From the IMG/VR virus record IMGVR_UViG_3300046522_000747: a DNA stretch of 63,704 nucleotides; one strand, given 5' to 3'. Positions 20,920-29,208 of this stretch are shown one piece after another. Each line of letters begins with the position of its first letter. Positions within the stretch are counted from its first letter, which is position 1. The position numbers and the translations under genes were made by a program. This DNA comes from an uncultured virus (IMG/VR IMGVR_UViG_3300046522_000747). Its lineage: Duplodnaviria > Heunggongvirae > Uroviricota > Caudoviricetes. A model generated the notes under the pieces. It saw only the letters and a program-made list of their open reading frames with translations. It made no database searches and was not told where the DNA came from.

Positions 20920-21185
20920 TTGGCTGCCCCTTCCGATTGCTCGGCCTTCAGGGCTTCGTTAATGTCCTCAATGAGACGTTGGTAATCGATTCGGTCTGGC
21001 ATGAAGAGGAATTTCCCGTCGCTGGTTTCGCGCACCACGTTGATGCAATTGGAAAATTCCTGCACCTGAACATGCACGCGTGGCGAGAGTTGCACGCAGC
21101 CGTCTTCTTCTTGGCTGGCAGGAGTGGTGCCAGTGACGTTAATGCCCTGTTGCTTGAGGTGCTGGGCGACGGCCAGTGCGTTCAT
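20916..21185 (-). CDS. hypothetical protein
   Basis: 89 aa; ATGA overlap with the next gene. Confidence 0.7.
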   Translation of the reverse strand: MNALAVAQHLKQQGINVTGTTPASQEEDGCVQLSPRVHVQVQEFSNCINVVRETSDGKFLFMPDRIDYQRLIEDINEALKAEQSEGAAK

Positions 21186-21239
21186 GATTTTGATGCCTTC
21201 TGAAATTTGATGGATGGAGTGTAACCGCTGTAGTGGTGA

Positions 21240-21740
21240 TTACACGTCAGACTCTTCTGCCTGGGCCTGGAAGGCGTAGCCTCGATCCGTCAGGTAAACC
21301 GGCACGATGGCATAGTCCGTCGCAGATCCTGCATCACTGTTGTTTTCCAGATATTCCACGCCGTTCGTGTAGGCATATTCAAAGGAGGTGTAGGCGATGA
21401 AGTCATCCCGAGTAACGCGGGTGAGTTTGTTGTACATCGACAGGACGGATTCGTCATGTTTGCGCATGAAGGCAAAGCCTTCGGTGTGGCCGAGGTGCTG
21501 CGATGGATCGCCAAAGTGGGTGCGCAGGAAGACCAATGTGGGCAGCTGGGTGTTTGAACCAGTTGGGTCTATTCCGGCGACCATTTTGCGCAGGCATTCG
21601 ACCAGGGCACCTTGGAAATTGGAAGTGATGCCGGACTTCTCCAAACCAGGAAAAGCAATATCGAGGCGTTCACAAGCAGCTTTCGCAGCCTCTTCAATGG
21701 CTTCGCTGACGCTTTCGTTGTTAATCGATTTGAGGGTCAT
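21240..21740 (-). CDS. hypothetical protein
   Basis: 166 aa; first gene after an operator-promoter. Confidence 0.75.
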   Translation of the reverse strand: MTLKSINNESVSEAIEEAAKAACERLDIAFPGLEKSGITSNFQGALVECLRKMVAGIDPTGSNTQLPTLVFLRTHFGDPSQHLGHTEGFAFMRKHDESVLSMYNKLTRVTRDDFIAYTSFEYAYTNGVEYLENNSDAGSATDYAIVPVYLTDRGYAFQAQAEESDV

Positions 21741-21770
21741 GATGCTGTCCGGTTGATTGGTATAGAGGGA

Positions 21771-21812
21771 AGTATAGCAATACCACTGCCAACTGTCAAT
21801 GGTATTGACAGT
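21771..21812 (-). promoter_or_regulatory. sigma-70 promoter plus perfect operator-like palindrome
   Basis: ACTGTCAAT-ggt-ATTGACAGT (21792-21812); TTGACA-17-TATACT. Confidence 0.85.
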
Positions 21813-21847
21813 GATTGCATCTAATTGTTGTCAATTTGTTCGTTAGG

Positions 21848-22228
21848 CTAGTCAGCATAGCGCGCATAAACCGACTCGGCAGCCTCGATGATCTCCAGTG
21901 AGTCTTCTGGGTAGCCGTGAGAGAGGGCGCCCCTGTTGGCGATTTGCAGATAGGAATCCAGGTGCTCATTGCCGCTCGATGGGTTTCTGAAATCTTTTCC
22001 CACCAGAAAAAAATCGAAGGTCAGCGAGTAAAGCGGCGTGCCATCACAGTCGCGATTCTGTTCTTGTACGTAAAGCCGAAGCCCGCACTCCTGTATGCCG
22101 GACTCTTTTTTGACTTCCACCAGCGTGCCCAGTGGAATGTTGTGGCCGATTTTCGAGTTTCTTTCTCGACGGGAAAGGCCGTCATCACCCTTTATTTCGT
22201 TCCCGGAAACGACTTTTGCTGTGTTCAT
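21848..22228 (-). CDS. hypothetical protein, paralogue A
   Basis: HNIPLGT.VEV and RLYVQ..NRDCDGTPLYSLT shared with the neighbouring gene. Confidence 0.75.
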   Translation of the reverse strand: MNTAKVVSGNEIKGDDGLSRRERNSKIGHNIPLGTLVEVKKESGIQECGLRLYVQEQNRDCDGTPLYSLTFDFFLVGKDFRNPSSGNEHLDSYLQIANRGALSHGYPEDSLEIIEAAESVYARYAD

Positions 22229-22237
22229 TGCAGACCT

Positions 22238-22639
22238 TTAGTAGATTTTTTTGAATCGTTCCGCGACTTCTTCAGCGGTTCGAATGACTTTCAGGCATTG
22301 CTCTGGGAGGCCGTTCTGTACGGTTCCCAGTCGCATATGCCACAAATGGCAGGCCACCAGCGATTGGAGATCGCCGTTTATTGTTGGGCGCTTATCATTA
22401 TCAAACGATTCCCCTACTACGCGGTAATCAGTTGTCAGCGAGTAAAGTGGGGTTCCGTCACAATCCCGGTTATGGCCCTGAACATACAGGCGTTGACCTT
22501 CTGAGGCGCTTGCATCGTTTTCGTCGTACTCGACTTCAACGAAGGTTCCGAGCGGAATGTTGTGAGTCAGGGCCATCTTGTTTTGACGAATGGTTTTGCC
22601 ATTTTCTTCAACAATGTCGCCGATATAGAGAGGTTGCAT
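22238..22639 (-). CDS. hypothetical protein, paralogue B
   Basis: same motifs as 21848-22228. Confidence 0.75.
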   Translation of the reverse strand: MQPLYIGDIVEENGKTIRQNKMALTHNIPLGTFVEVEYDENDASASEGQRLYVQGHNRDCDGTPLYSLTTDYRVVGESFDNDKRPTINGDLQSLVACHLWHMRLGTVQNGLPEQCLKVIRTAEEVAERFKKIY

Positions 22640-22688
22640 AGGGTTGCTTCCGTAGTTTGGTAATGGCCGGATTAGGCCGACTGAATCT

Positions 22689-23180
22689 TTATTCGGTGTC
22701 AGTAGAGGTCAGGCTGAACTCTACCGAACAGGCCAAGTTGCGCAAAGCTTCTTCCAGGGTATCGCCGCCAGCTTCAAAGCCGCCGTCCTCAAAATGCAGG
22801 TCACACTTGAAATGGGTGTGTGGCTCATAGCCCTTTTCCCACCAGTGGATGACTCCAATTGGAGCGAAGCCCTCGTTTCCGGTCTTAGGGTTCAGCAATA
22901 CATTGCGGTTGCGCACCGGCATTGATTGCCCACCGACTGTAAAGGACTCAATCAGGTGATGATCATAGCCACCGGCTTGAAGTTTATTGATCAGCAGGGC
23001 TCGGCTTTCGTCGTGATCGATGCAGTGCTGCACGCGGCGCGGGTCGTTTGGCGCAAAAACACGCCACTCAAAGCCTCCAGCTGAGGAGGGTTGTTTTTCA
23101 AACTGAAACGCGCCGGTCATGCTTTCGCTACCAGCGGTGTAAAGGTCTTTGGACTTTTTGATAACGTCGTAAGAGGACAT
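22689..23180 (-). CDS. hypothetical protein
   Basis: start reassigned to MSSYDV (AGGAG RBS); the ORF-track TTG is the -35 box. Confidence 0.7.
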   Translation of the reverse strand: MSSYDVIKKSKDLYTAGSESMTGAFQFEKQPSSAGGFEWRVFAPNDPRRVQHCIDHDESRALLINKLQAGGYDHHLIESFTVGGQSMPVRNRNVLLNPKTGNEGFAPIGVIHWWEKGYEPHTHFKCDLHFEDGGFEAGGDTLEEALRNLACSVEFSLTSTDTE

Positions 23181-23205
23181 TGGCTTAGGCTCCTGATTTG
23201 GTGTA

Positions 23206-23244
23206 AATATATCAGAGTCTACGTCAATTGTCAATACTATTGAC
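23206..23244 (-). promoter_or_regulatory. sigma-70 promoter plus perfect palindrome
   Basis: GTCAAT-act-ATTGAC (23230-44); TTGACA-17-TATATT. Confidence 0.8.
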
Positions 23245-23248
23245 GAAT

Positions 23249-23500
23249 TTACAGATCACCCTTCATGCCAAGCTGTTGAGCCTTTTCGACGGTGACATTA
23301 TCCATCTCAAGAATTCGCATGAAGATGTATTCGGCATCCTCCCCATCGTAGACCAGTCCGAAATCATCGTCCCCGGAAAGCGCCACGCGATTAGGCTTGC
23401 CTTCCTGTGTTTTATTAAAAAAGAATACATGAACAAAGTGTTCTTTGTGATTGGGATACCAGCAATCACTCGTTCTTTTCAGGCAGCTCAAGCTTTGCAT
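23249..23500 (-). CDS. hypothetical protein
   Basis: 83 aa within an operon. Confidence 0.6.
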   Translation of the reverse strand: MQSLSCLKRTSDCWYPNHKEHFVHVFFFNKTQEGKPNRVALSGDDDFGLVYDGEDAEYIFMRILEMDNVTVEKAQQLGMKGDL

Positions 23501-23685
23501 GATTGCACCAGGATTATTAGGCTAATAGACAGAATCAAGATGCATGCGAACCAGCCCCCGGTGTTCGCTATAGAGGGCTGATTGGAGCCTCGCTCAATAT
23601 CCCGAAGGTCTTCATCACTCAGGTAAGATCGTGGCGTCACGGGCGTTGTGGAGCCTTCGGTGGCCTTTCCGTTCTGGTCGCTCAT
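23488..23685 (-). CDS. small membrane protein
   Basis: C-terminal TM helix; AGGAG RBS. Confidence 0.6.
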   Translation of the reverse strand: MSDQNGKATEGSTTPVTPRSYLSDEDLRDIERGSNQPSIANTGGWFACILILSISLIILVQSCKA

Positions 23686-24219
23686 TCAGAGTCTCCTGAT
23701 GAATTTCGCAGGAACGAAGTCGGTAAGCCAGACCCCGTTGTCGGCAATAAAAAACTCCGTCCCTTCTTTGACCATCTGGCGGGTGTCAATTTCCAGTACG
23801 ACCGGTTCCCTGCGCGGTCGGGCGGATGACAAGTCGCCGGACAGATGCACATGATGTCGCGTGCCTGGAATCAGGCCTTGCTTCATGATGGAATCAATAA
23901 AGCGCAATGTCGTGCCGTGGTACAGCGTCGGCGGCGGTGTTTTCTTGGTGTGATTGACTTTGACGGTCGGGGTTGAGTGGCCCTGTACACAACGAATGTA
24001 CTTTCCATCTTCAGAGAGGCCGTAACGCCCTTTTTCGTCCTCCTTCACGATCTGCATGAGCATTTCGTAGTCAAGTCCGGGACATTGCGGAGCCGCCTTT
24101 TCAATCAGCTCGCCAATATCAGCCCACGCGTCGTTTCCAAGCGCTAGCCCGATTTTTGCTGGGTCGTGCCGGAGAAAGTAGCACAGAGCAACGCTGATTT
24201 TTCTTAGTGATTTAGCCAT
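23686..24219 (-). CDS. kptA: RNA 2'-phosphotransferase (KptA/Tpt1)
   Basis: LRH, KGRY, IRCVQGHS, LYHGT, HVHLS and NGVWLT motifs. Confidence 0.92.
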   Translation of the reverse strand: MAKSLRKISVALCYFLRHDPAKIGLALGNDAWADIGELIEKAAPQCPGLDYEMLMQIVKEDEKGRYGLSEDGKYIRCVQGHSTPTVKVNHTKKTPPPTLYHGTTLRFIDSIMKQGLIPGTRHHVHLSGDLSSARPRREPVVLEIDTRQMVKEGTEFFIADNGVWLTDFVPAKFIRRL

Positions 24220-24247
24220 GACGGCCTCGGAGTAAAATTTAGATTAA

Positions 24248-24688
24248 TCAGGCAGTGATAAAGCCATGTGCGGCTCGTGATTGGCGAACACACTCTGCTG
24301 TTTCCACCCAATCGTCTGGATCGAAGCCTGCTTTGTCATCAACAATGATCGACATGTAGAACTTTTGATCGAAGCAGCCTGTTTCGGTATTGGCTTCACC
24401 AGGGTTCTGATTGACTGCATACACCTTGATGCCATTGGCTTCGAAATAATCCACGACATGATGGATTTCGTCCGGGTGCAAAGAACTCCAGATGATCAGC
24501 CGAGTTTCTTCATACGAGGAAATGGCTTGAAGCGCTGGAAGGCAGTGTTCATTAATCCAGTTATAAGTGTGAGGCTTGTAATTACTTTTTATACAGGTTC
24601 CGTGCAAATCAAGTGCCCAATACACGATTCTGTAATTGCGCTCTTGGGCAATGCTGTAAGCGCGTCGAATAGCTTTGGGTAGTGCCAT
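24248..24688 (-). CDS. HAD-superfamily hydrolase-like protein (phage type)
   Basis: ALDLHGT (DxH variant), IIWSS, VNQNP, IIVDDKAGF. Confidence 0.7.
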   Translation of the reverse strand: MALPKAIRRAYSIAQERNYRIVYWALDLHGTCIKSNYKPHTYNWINEHCLPALQAISSYEETRLIIWSSLHPDEIHHVVDYFEANGIKVYAVNQNPGEANTETGCFDQKFYMSIIVDDKAGFDPDDWVETAECVRQSRAAHGFITA

Positions 24689-24703
24689 GGTAATTCAGAT
24701 CTC

Positions 24704-25069
24704 TTATTCAGTGGCGCCGGAAAATCGAAAGGCGCTCAGGGCTTTTGCAACTTGTTCGGCATAGGCAATTTTCATTTCTCGGCTACCAAAATCGCCTGAG
24801 AGCGAAAGCGCTACATCATGGGTGAAGTCATCACTGATAATGCTGATGCGGCCATTGGATTCGCTGACACGCCATGGGCCATTTTCCTGTACCAAAAGCG
24901 GTGCAGGTACGCCATTGATCAGCACTTGTTCAATTTGACCGTTCAGTTCCATTTGGCGCAACTGTTCAAGCTCTGCCGGACTGCCATTGCTATGCGCGAC
25001 CAGCGGCCCGACGCTTTCAAGGGCTTCTTCAACTTGATCATGTGTGAGCTTGGCCATCGGTTGTCTCAT
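24704..25069 (-). CDS. hypothetical protein
   Basis: 121 aa within an operon. Confidence 0.65.
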   Translation of the reverse strand: MRQPMAKLTHDQVEEALESVGPLVAHSNGSPAELEQLRQMELNGQIEQVLINGVPAPLLVQENGPWRVSESNGRISIISDDFTHDVALSLSGDFGSREMKIAYAEQVAKALSAFRFSGATE

Positions 25070-25137
25070 TTAATGGGTTTGAATAGGTAAAGCTACCGCC
25101 ACGTTGTGTCGAATACCCCAGAGGGGCTTTCGCCTCC

Positions 25138-25761
25138 CTACGCGACGACTTTGAAAAGTGCGTTGCTTGGAAGGCGCTTGGAGCGTTGTGCTTGCAGCCA
25201 GTGCTTGCGGCAGACCGCAGTATACCGATCGTTACCGCCGACCTCGATTTGGCAGCCGCTGGTGACCACGTTGGCTTGTTGGTCGCAGCGCACATTCATC
25301 GTCGCCTTTTCCCCGCAGAAGCAGCGGCTCATTTCCAACTCCTTGAGCTGATCGGCCAACCCAAGCAGGTGTTGACTGCCTTCAAACAGGTTGCCAAACG
25401 CATCGGTACGAATGCCGTAGGCGGCAACATAGATGCCCTCAAGGTCGGCAATCTCGACCATTTGGCGAACCTGCAACGCGGTGCAGAATTGAGCTTCATC
25501 CACCATGACGGCAGTGTATTTGCCATTCTTGCGAGTGTTTTCCTTCAAAATATCAACGAGGCTATCAGTCTCGGTGAAGTTGATGCAGGTGCGGCAGAAG
25601 CCCATCCGGGACTTGATGATACCCAGGCCGTCGCGGGTGTCTTTGATGGATTTGAGCAAAAGAACGCGCAGGCCGCGCTCTTCGTGGCTATGGGCAGACT
25701 GGAGCAGTTGTGCGCTCTTACCTGCGTTCATCGAGCCGTAGTGAAATGTCAGGCTGCCCAT
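25138..25761 (-). CDS. tdk: thymidine kinase
   Basis: YGSMNAGKS P-loop, VDEAQF, YGIRTD, zinc-binding cysteines, YTAVCRKH. Confidence 0.95.
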   Translation of the reverse strand: MGSLTFHYGSMNAGKSAQLLQSAHSHEERGLRVLLLKSIKDTRDGLGIIKSRMGFCRTCINFTETDSLVDILKENTRKNGKYTAVMVDEAQFCTALQVRQMVEIADLEGIYVAAYGIRTDAFGNLFEGSQHLLGLADQLKELEMSRCFCGEKATMNVRCDQQANVVTSGCQIEVGGNDRYTAVCRKHWLQAQRSKRLPSNALFKVVA

Positions 25762-25789
25762 GCTGCTGTTCTCCGTTGTTTATGTCGAT

Positions 25790-25828
25790 ATTATACGGCG
25801 CACAGGCACTAAAGTCAATCATATTGAC
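25790..25828 (-). promoter_or_regulatory. tdk-operon promoter plus perfect palindrome
   Basis: GTCAAT-cat-ATTGAC (25814-28); TTGACT-17-TATAAT. Confidence 0.85.
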
Positions 25829-25884
25829 GGAATTTCGCCATTGAATTTCTCAATGGTTATCTATATTTTGGTGCAAATCCGTGA

Positions 25885-26379
25885 TTACTTATTCAGCAGG
25901 CGGATTGACTCCCGGAGTCGTTGCGCGTTGGCTGGAGAGCTGAGCAGATACTCTGTTTCATCCATGTCAGAAGGATCATCGATTTCATCCAAGCCGCATT
26001 GGCTACTCCAGTGGTGAAGCACGCCGAGGCCTGTTTCAAGGCTGCGCTCAAGATCGGTCATGAGCTGAACAAAGTTCAGATGGCATTCGTAGTCGCGCTT
26101 GGCTTGCGCGACCGCGATTTTCGCCAGCTTAAGGACTCGTTTGCTGCTCAAGCGCTTTTTGAATGGAAGAACGGTATCTTCCTGAACATAGGCTTGCCGA
26201 AACTGACCTTCAAAAAAGGAAAAGAGACTAATCGACGGATCAAATTTGATTTCACCCAGGCTGGGTATGTCGGCCCCTGAGCGAGCTGCGTAACGTTCGG
26301 CCCATTCAGGCGATGGCCTGAAGGTTCCGATGATCTGGAGTAGTTGTTTGCTAAGTTTCTTTTCGATGCGTGGTTTCAT
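25885..26379 (-). CDS. hypothetical protein with YefM-like C-terminal toxin-binding segment
   Basis: ends ETEYLLSSPANAQRLRESI, compared with E. coli YefM ETAYLLRSPANARRLMDSI. Confidence 0.7.
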   Translation of the reverse strand: MKPRIEKKLSKQLLQIIGTFRPSPEWAERYAARSGADIPSLGEIKFDPSISLFSFFEGQFRQAYVQEDTVLPFKKRLSSKRVLKLAKIAVAQAKRDYECHLNFVQLMTDLERSLETGLGVLHHWSSQCGLDEIDDPSDMDETEYLLSSPANAQRLRESIRLLNK

Positions 26380-26442
26380 GGTACGTTCCTAAGCGCTTTG
26401 ACGGGGCTCATGCGCTGCCCCGCCAGCGGATTTCTCGAAAGC

Positions 26443-26949
26443 TCAACAGGCTTTGAGGTGGCACTCAAACATTGGGATAAAGCTGAACGGGTAGGTTTCG
26501 TTGGGCAGTGTCACGTTGCACTCCTTCACCTCAATCATGTAATGAGCGCCAATGATCGCCTGATCGGTAGTGGAAACGCCGCGCACGATGCCTGTGCCCA
26601 CCAGCACTTCGTTATCGAACTTGACCGCCTGACCGTCCTTGAACGTGTACAGAGTGTGTTTGTTGTAATCAATCGACTCGGAGGTCTGATCGTTGGTTTC
26701 GAACGCGATCTTCCAGCCCATTTCCTTGCACAAGGTGAGCGCTTGATTGCGCGTTGGAAAGGCGTCCATCCAGAAGCCATCGGTGACTACACACCATTGC
26801 CAGTCTTCGGCTTCTTCGTTGAAATGCAGACCCACTTCAAGATCTGATTGAAGGGCAAGAGCAATGCCTTTCGCATAGGAAACAGGCGAGTCTGCTTTGA
26901 AACGCTTGGCCCAATCAGTTTTTTCGAGTTGTTCGCGAGTCAGTGGCAT
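26443..26949 (-). CDS. hypothetical protein
   Basis: 168 aa; first gene after an operator-promoter. Confidence 0.7.
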   Translation of the reverse strand: MPLTREQLEKTDWAKRFKADSPVSYAKGIALALQSDLEVGLHFNEEAEDWQWCVVTDGFWMDAFPTRNQALTLCKEMGWKIAFETNDQTSESIDYNKHTLYTFKDGQAVKFDNEVLVGTGIVRGVSTTDQAIIGAHYMIEVKECNVTLPNETYPFSFIPMFECHLKAC

Positions 26950-26991
26950 GAGATTTCTCTATGAAAATTTTGGATTTTGGTATTGCTGGTC

Positions 26992-27029
26992 ATTATAACC
27001 AGCAATCATCAATTGTCAATACCATTGAC
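26992..27029 (-). promoter_or_regulatory. sigma-70 promoter plus perfect palindrome
   Basis: GTCAAT-acc-ATTGAC (27015-29); TTGACA-16-TATAAT. Confidence 0.8.
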
Positions 27030-27030
27030 C

Positions 27031-27603
27031 CTAGGCTGATTGGTCAATCACCCTTTGGAAAAGCGCTCCAATGAACTTTTGTGCCTGCTCATCAGAGTGT
27101 TTTTTCTTGAAGTGAAGAATGTGCTCTTGACCTTCTTTGAGGGCAGTGGCGCAGGCTTCAAGCTGCTTGAGGATGGGTTCCCAGCCCTCAGATGGAATGA
27201 ATTTGAGCGTTACCCCACGGAAATTGTTGGCGTTCGCCCATTCCGGGTGATCGTCAATCAAGATGTCGCAGTATCGGCCTGCATCACCCTTGTCAGGGGT
27301 GATGGTGATACGGTCGTGCAGCGCCGGAAAATGCTCCTGTGCCCAGATGAGCTTTTCGCTGGCAGCATGAGGGTTGCCTTTCGGGATCTTGGTCAGCCCC
27401 CATGGCTCAAATTGCAATTGAATGATTTTGGCCACGGCCTCCTGCGCGCCGGGTGTGATTGGCAGCCTGGAGTAGGCCCCGATCAAGTGCTTGTGGTTTG
27501 CAAAGGAAGATTTTTCTTGCTCAACGGCCAACTCGAAGTCGGCGAGTGGGCCATCGAAATCTAGAAAGACTCGTGGTGTATCGGGGTATTCTCTTACGCC
27601 CAT
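27031..27603 (-). CDS. 5'(3')-deoxyribonucleotidase (NT5C-like HAD)
   Basis: FLDFDGPLADF, EKLIW..HFP, ILIDD motifs. Confidence 0.8.
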   Translation of the reverse strand: MGVREYPDTPRVFLDFDGPLADFELAVEQEKSSFANHKHLIGAYSRLPITPGAQEAVAKIIQLQFEPWGLTKIPKGNPHAASEKLIWAQEHFPALHDRITITPDKGDAGRYCDILIDDHPEWANANNFRGVTLKFIPSEGWEPILKQLEACATALKEGQEHILHFKKKHSDEQAQKFIGALFQRVIDQSA

Positions 27604-27656
27604 GATGGGGCTCCTTATGTGCTATTGGAATAGATTTAAATCAGTGCTGATAGTTT

Positions 27657-28679
27657 TTAACTTCCGCCGCTATACATACCAATGCTAGTAGCGCCATTAG
27701 TGATGCTAACGTCATCAATAAATTTTATTTCAGCATCAAAGCCGGTACTTTCCATCTCCTTCACTGAGTGCTTACAGATGTTAAGCATTTGCGGTGTGAT
27801 CTTTGTGTCAACGTTAAAAACAACTGAATCAGGAGACATTCGTAGGACATTATTTACTGCCCGCTTAATGTCGATCTCTGTCGCCTCGGCCGAGATTGTC
27901 AATTTGCAAATACGCTGCTCATGCATTTTTTGGTGAATCACTCGTACCTGATTATTTTTTATCAGGGATAGCAACAGGTCATCGACCTTGGCACTCGATT
28001 TTTGTGGTTCATCACCAAGCATTCCAATCAGGCTTTCGATTGCCTCCTTGCCTGAACTTGAATCCTTAGTGAGGATCACCTTATGGCCATTTTTTACCAT
28101 TAGTATTGCGGCGCGAACTGTTTCTTTGTCAAAATGCTGATCAATAACTACATAAAGCTGCTTAAATCTTGGCTTAGTTGCGTGTTCAAGAAGCTTGGCT
28201 GCCGTAATATTACCATTTTTTTGGAAATCGTTTTCGGCCTGACCGACATAAAAGAGGTTTATCTTGCAGTCGGTATTTTTATCATGCAGATCCTTGATAA
28301 GCGTAGTCATTGTATTGGTTTTGCCGCTCTGTGCGTGGCCGGATATTACGATGAGGGCGCCGTGTTCTCTTTTGGTGTCCAGCAAATTCCGCAATTCTTC
28401 CAGGTTGCGTTCTTTGCCTCTGAAAAGAAATTCTGCGTAAAATTGTTGATACGGTACGTTGCGACGAACAAAGTGCAGTTCGGTACAAATGGAATCGAGG
28501 GTTGGAGTTACCAGCGAGATTTGAGGGATAAATAGTGCGCTGGCCTGATCCCAATTATCATAGTTCTCTTCTTTCGCAACCAGCTCCAGGGATTGAGATA
28601 TGCTAATTTTTTGCCCCAGTACTTCTTTGATTGCAGAACGCAAACGGCTAGCACGGACTTTCAGTGGATCGTTTTTCAT
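27657..28679 (-). CDS. Glyoxalase_8-like N-domain fused to a PilT/VirB11-like P-loop ATPase
   Basis: LKVRASRLRSAI..ISISQSLELVAKEENYDNW N-domain; Walker A GHAQSGKT; GHKVILT; start reassigned to ATG 28679. Confidence 0.7.
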   Translation of the reverse strand: MKNDPLKVRASRLRSAIKEVLGQKISISQSLELVAKEENYDNWDQASALFIPQISLVTPTLDSICTELHFVRRNVPYQQFYAEFLFRGKERNLEELRNLLDTKREHGALIVISGHAQSGKTNTMTTLIKDLHDKNTDCKINLFYVGQAENDFQKNGNITAAKLLEHATKPRFKQLYVVIDQHFDKETVRAAILMVKNGHKVILTKDSSSGKEAIESLIGMLGDEPQKSSAKVDDLLLSLIKNNQVRVIHQKMHEQRICKLTISAEATEIDIKRAVNNVLRMSPDSVVFNVDTKITPQMLNICKHSVKEMESTGFDAEIKFIDDVSITNGATSIGMYSGGS

Positions 28680-28699
28680 TCGTTGAGCTTCCAAGTATT

Positions 28700-28878
28700 G
28701 CCAGACGCTGCCTTGGCAGCCTCGATGTCCTCGTTGTCGAAGTCCGGCAGTGGATGCCAACCGACTTTCGTATTCTTGACCCCTGTTCACCGTACCGTTT
28801 CCGGCGAGGACGACAGGCTGGGGAAGCCCTTGTTGCATACCACTGAAGACTTGCAGAAATCTTCAGTGGTATGCACAA
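28700..28878 (-). ncRNA. candidate structured leader/ncRNA
   Basis: 16-bp perfect hairpin at 28834-28875; long-range stem 28717-28733 with 28805-28820; CCG-GAAA-CGG tetraloop; promoter TTGACT-17-TATTGT at 28883-28911. Confidence 0.6.
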
Positions 28879-28944
28879 GACAACAATAATAAGCAAACAA
28901 CAAAAAGTCAATTAAATATGAAAGCTGAACTTGTGTGTTCAGCT

Positions 28945-29127
28945 TTATGGAAGGTATGGAAGCGTTTCGCTGTGCCCACAAGAAGTGCATTTAAGACAAC
29001 CTTTCAGCTTTGTAGGCCACTCTCCTTCATAGGTAATGCCTCTTGGGGCGCCAACAAGGGCGATGCCGATAGTCATCGCTCCGCTGCATCTTGGGCAATC
29101 GATTTTTGCATGAGCTGGTTCTGTCAT
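28945..29127 (-). CDS. small zinc-ribbon protein
   Basis: CPRC..CTSC. Confidence 0.65.
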   Translation of the reverse strand: MTEPAHAKIDCPRCSGAMTIGIALVGAPRGITYEGEWPTKLKGCLKCTSCGHSETLPYLP

Positions 29128-29208
29128 TATTGCGTTCCGAAGTTTAAAGGTCTGTTGCGTAAAACATCGAAGCCTGCGTGAGCAGGACTCGATATCATTG
29201 ATGCTTGG

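Noticed and set aside
23181..23234. ORF-track N-terminal extensions (also at 31848, 34507, 44797, 49068, 50901, 54136, 4624)
   Set aside because: They run through promoter or operator sequence; downstream ATGs fit the RBS and promoter positions better
23686..24219. kptA as a pseudogene because the segment after HVHLS is short
   Set aside because: Reading frame is intact and the catalytic Arg-His-Arg-Arg residues and HGT motif are present
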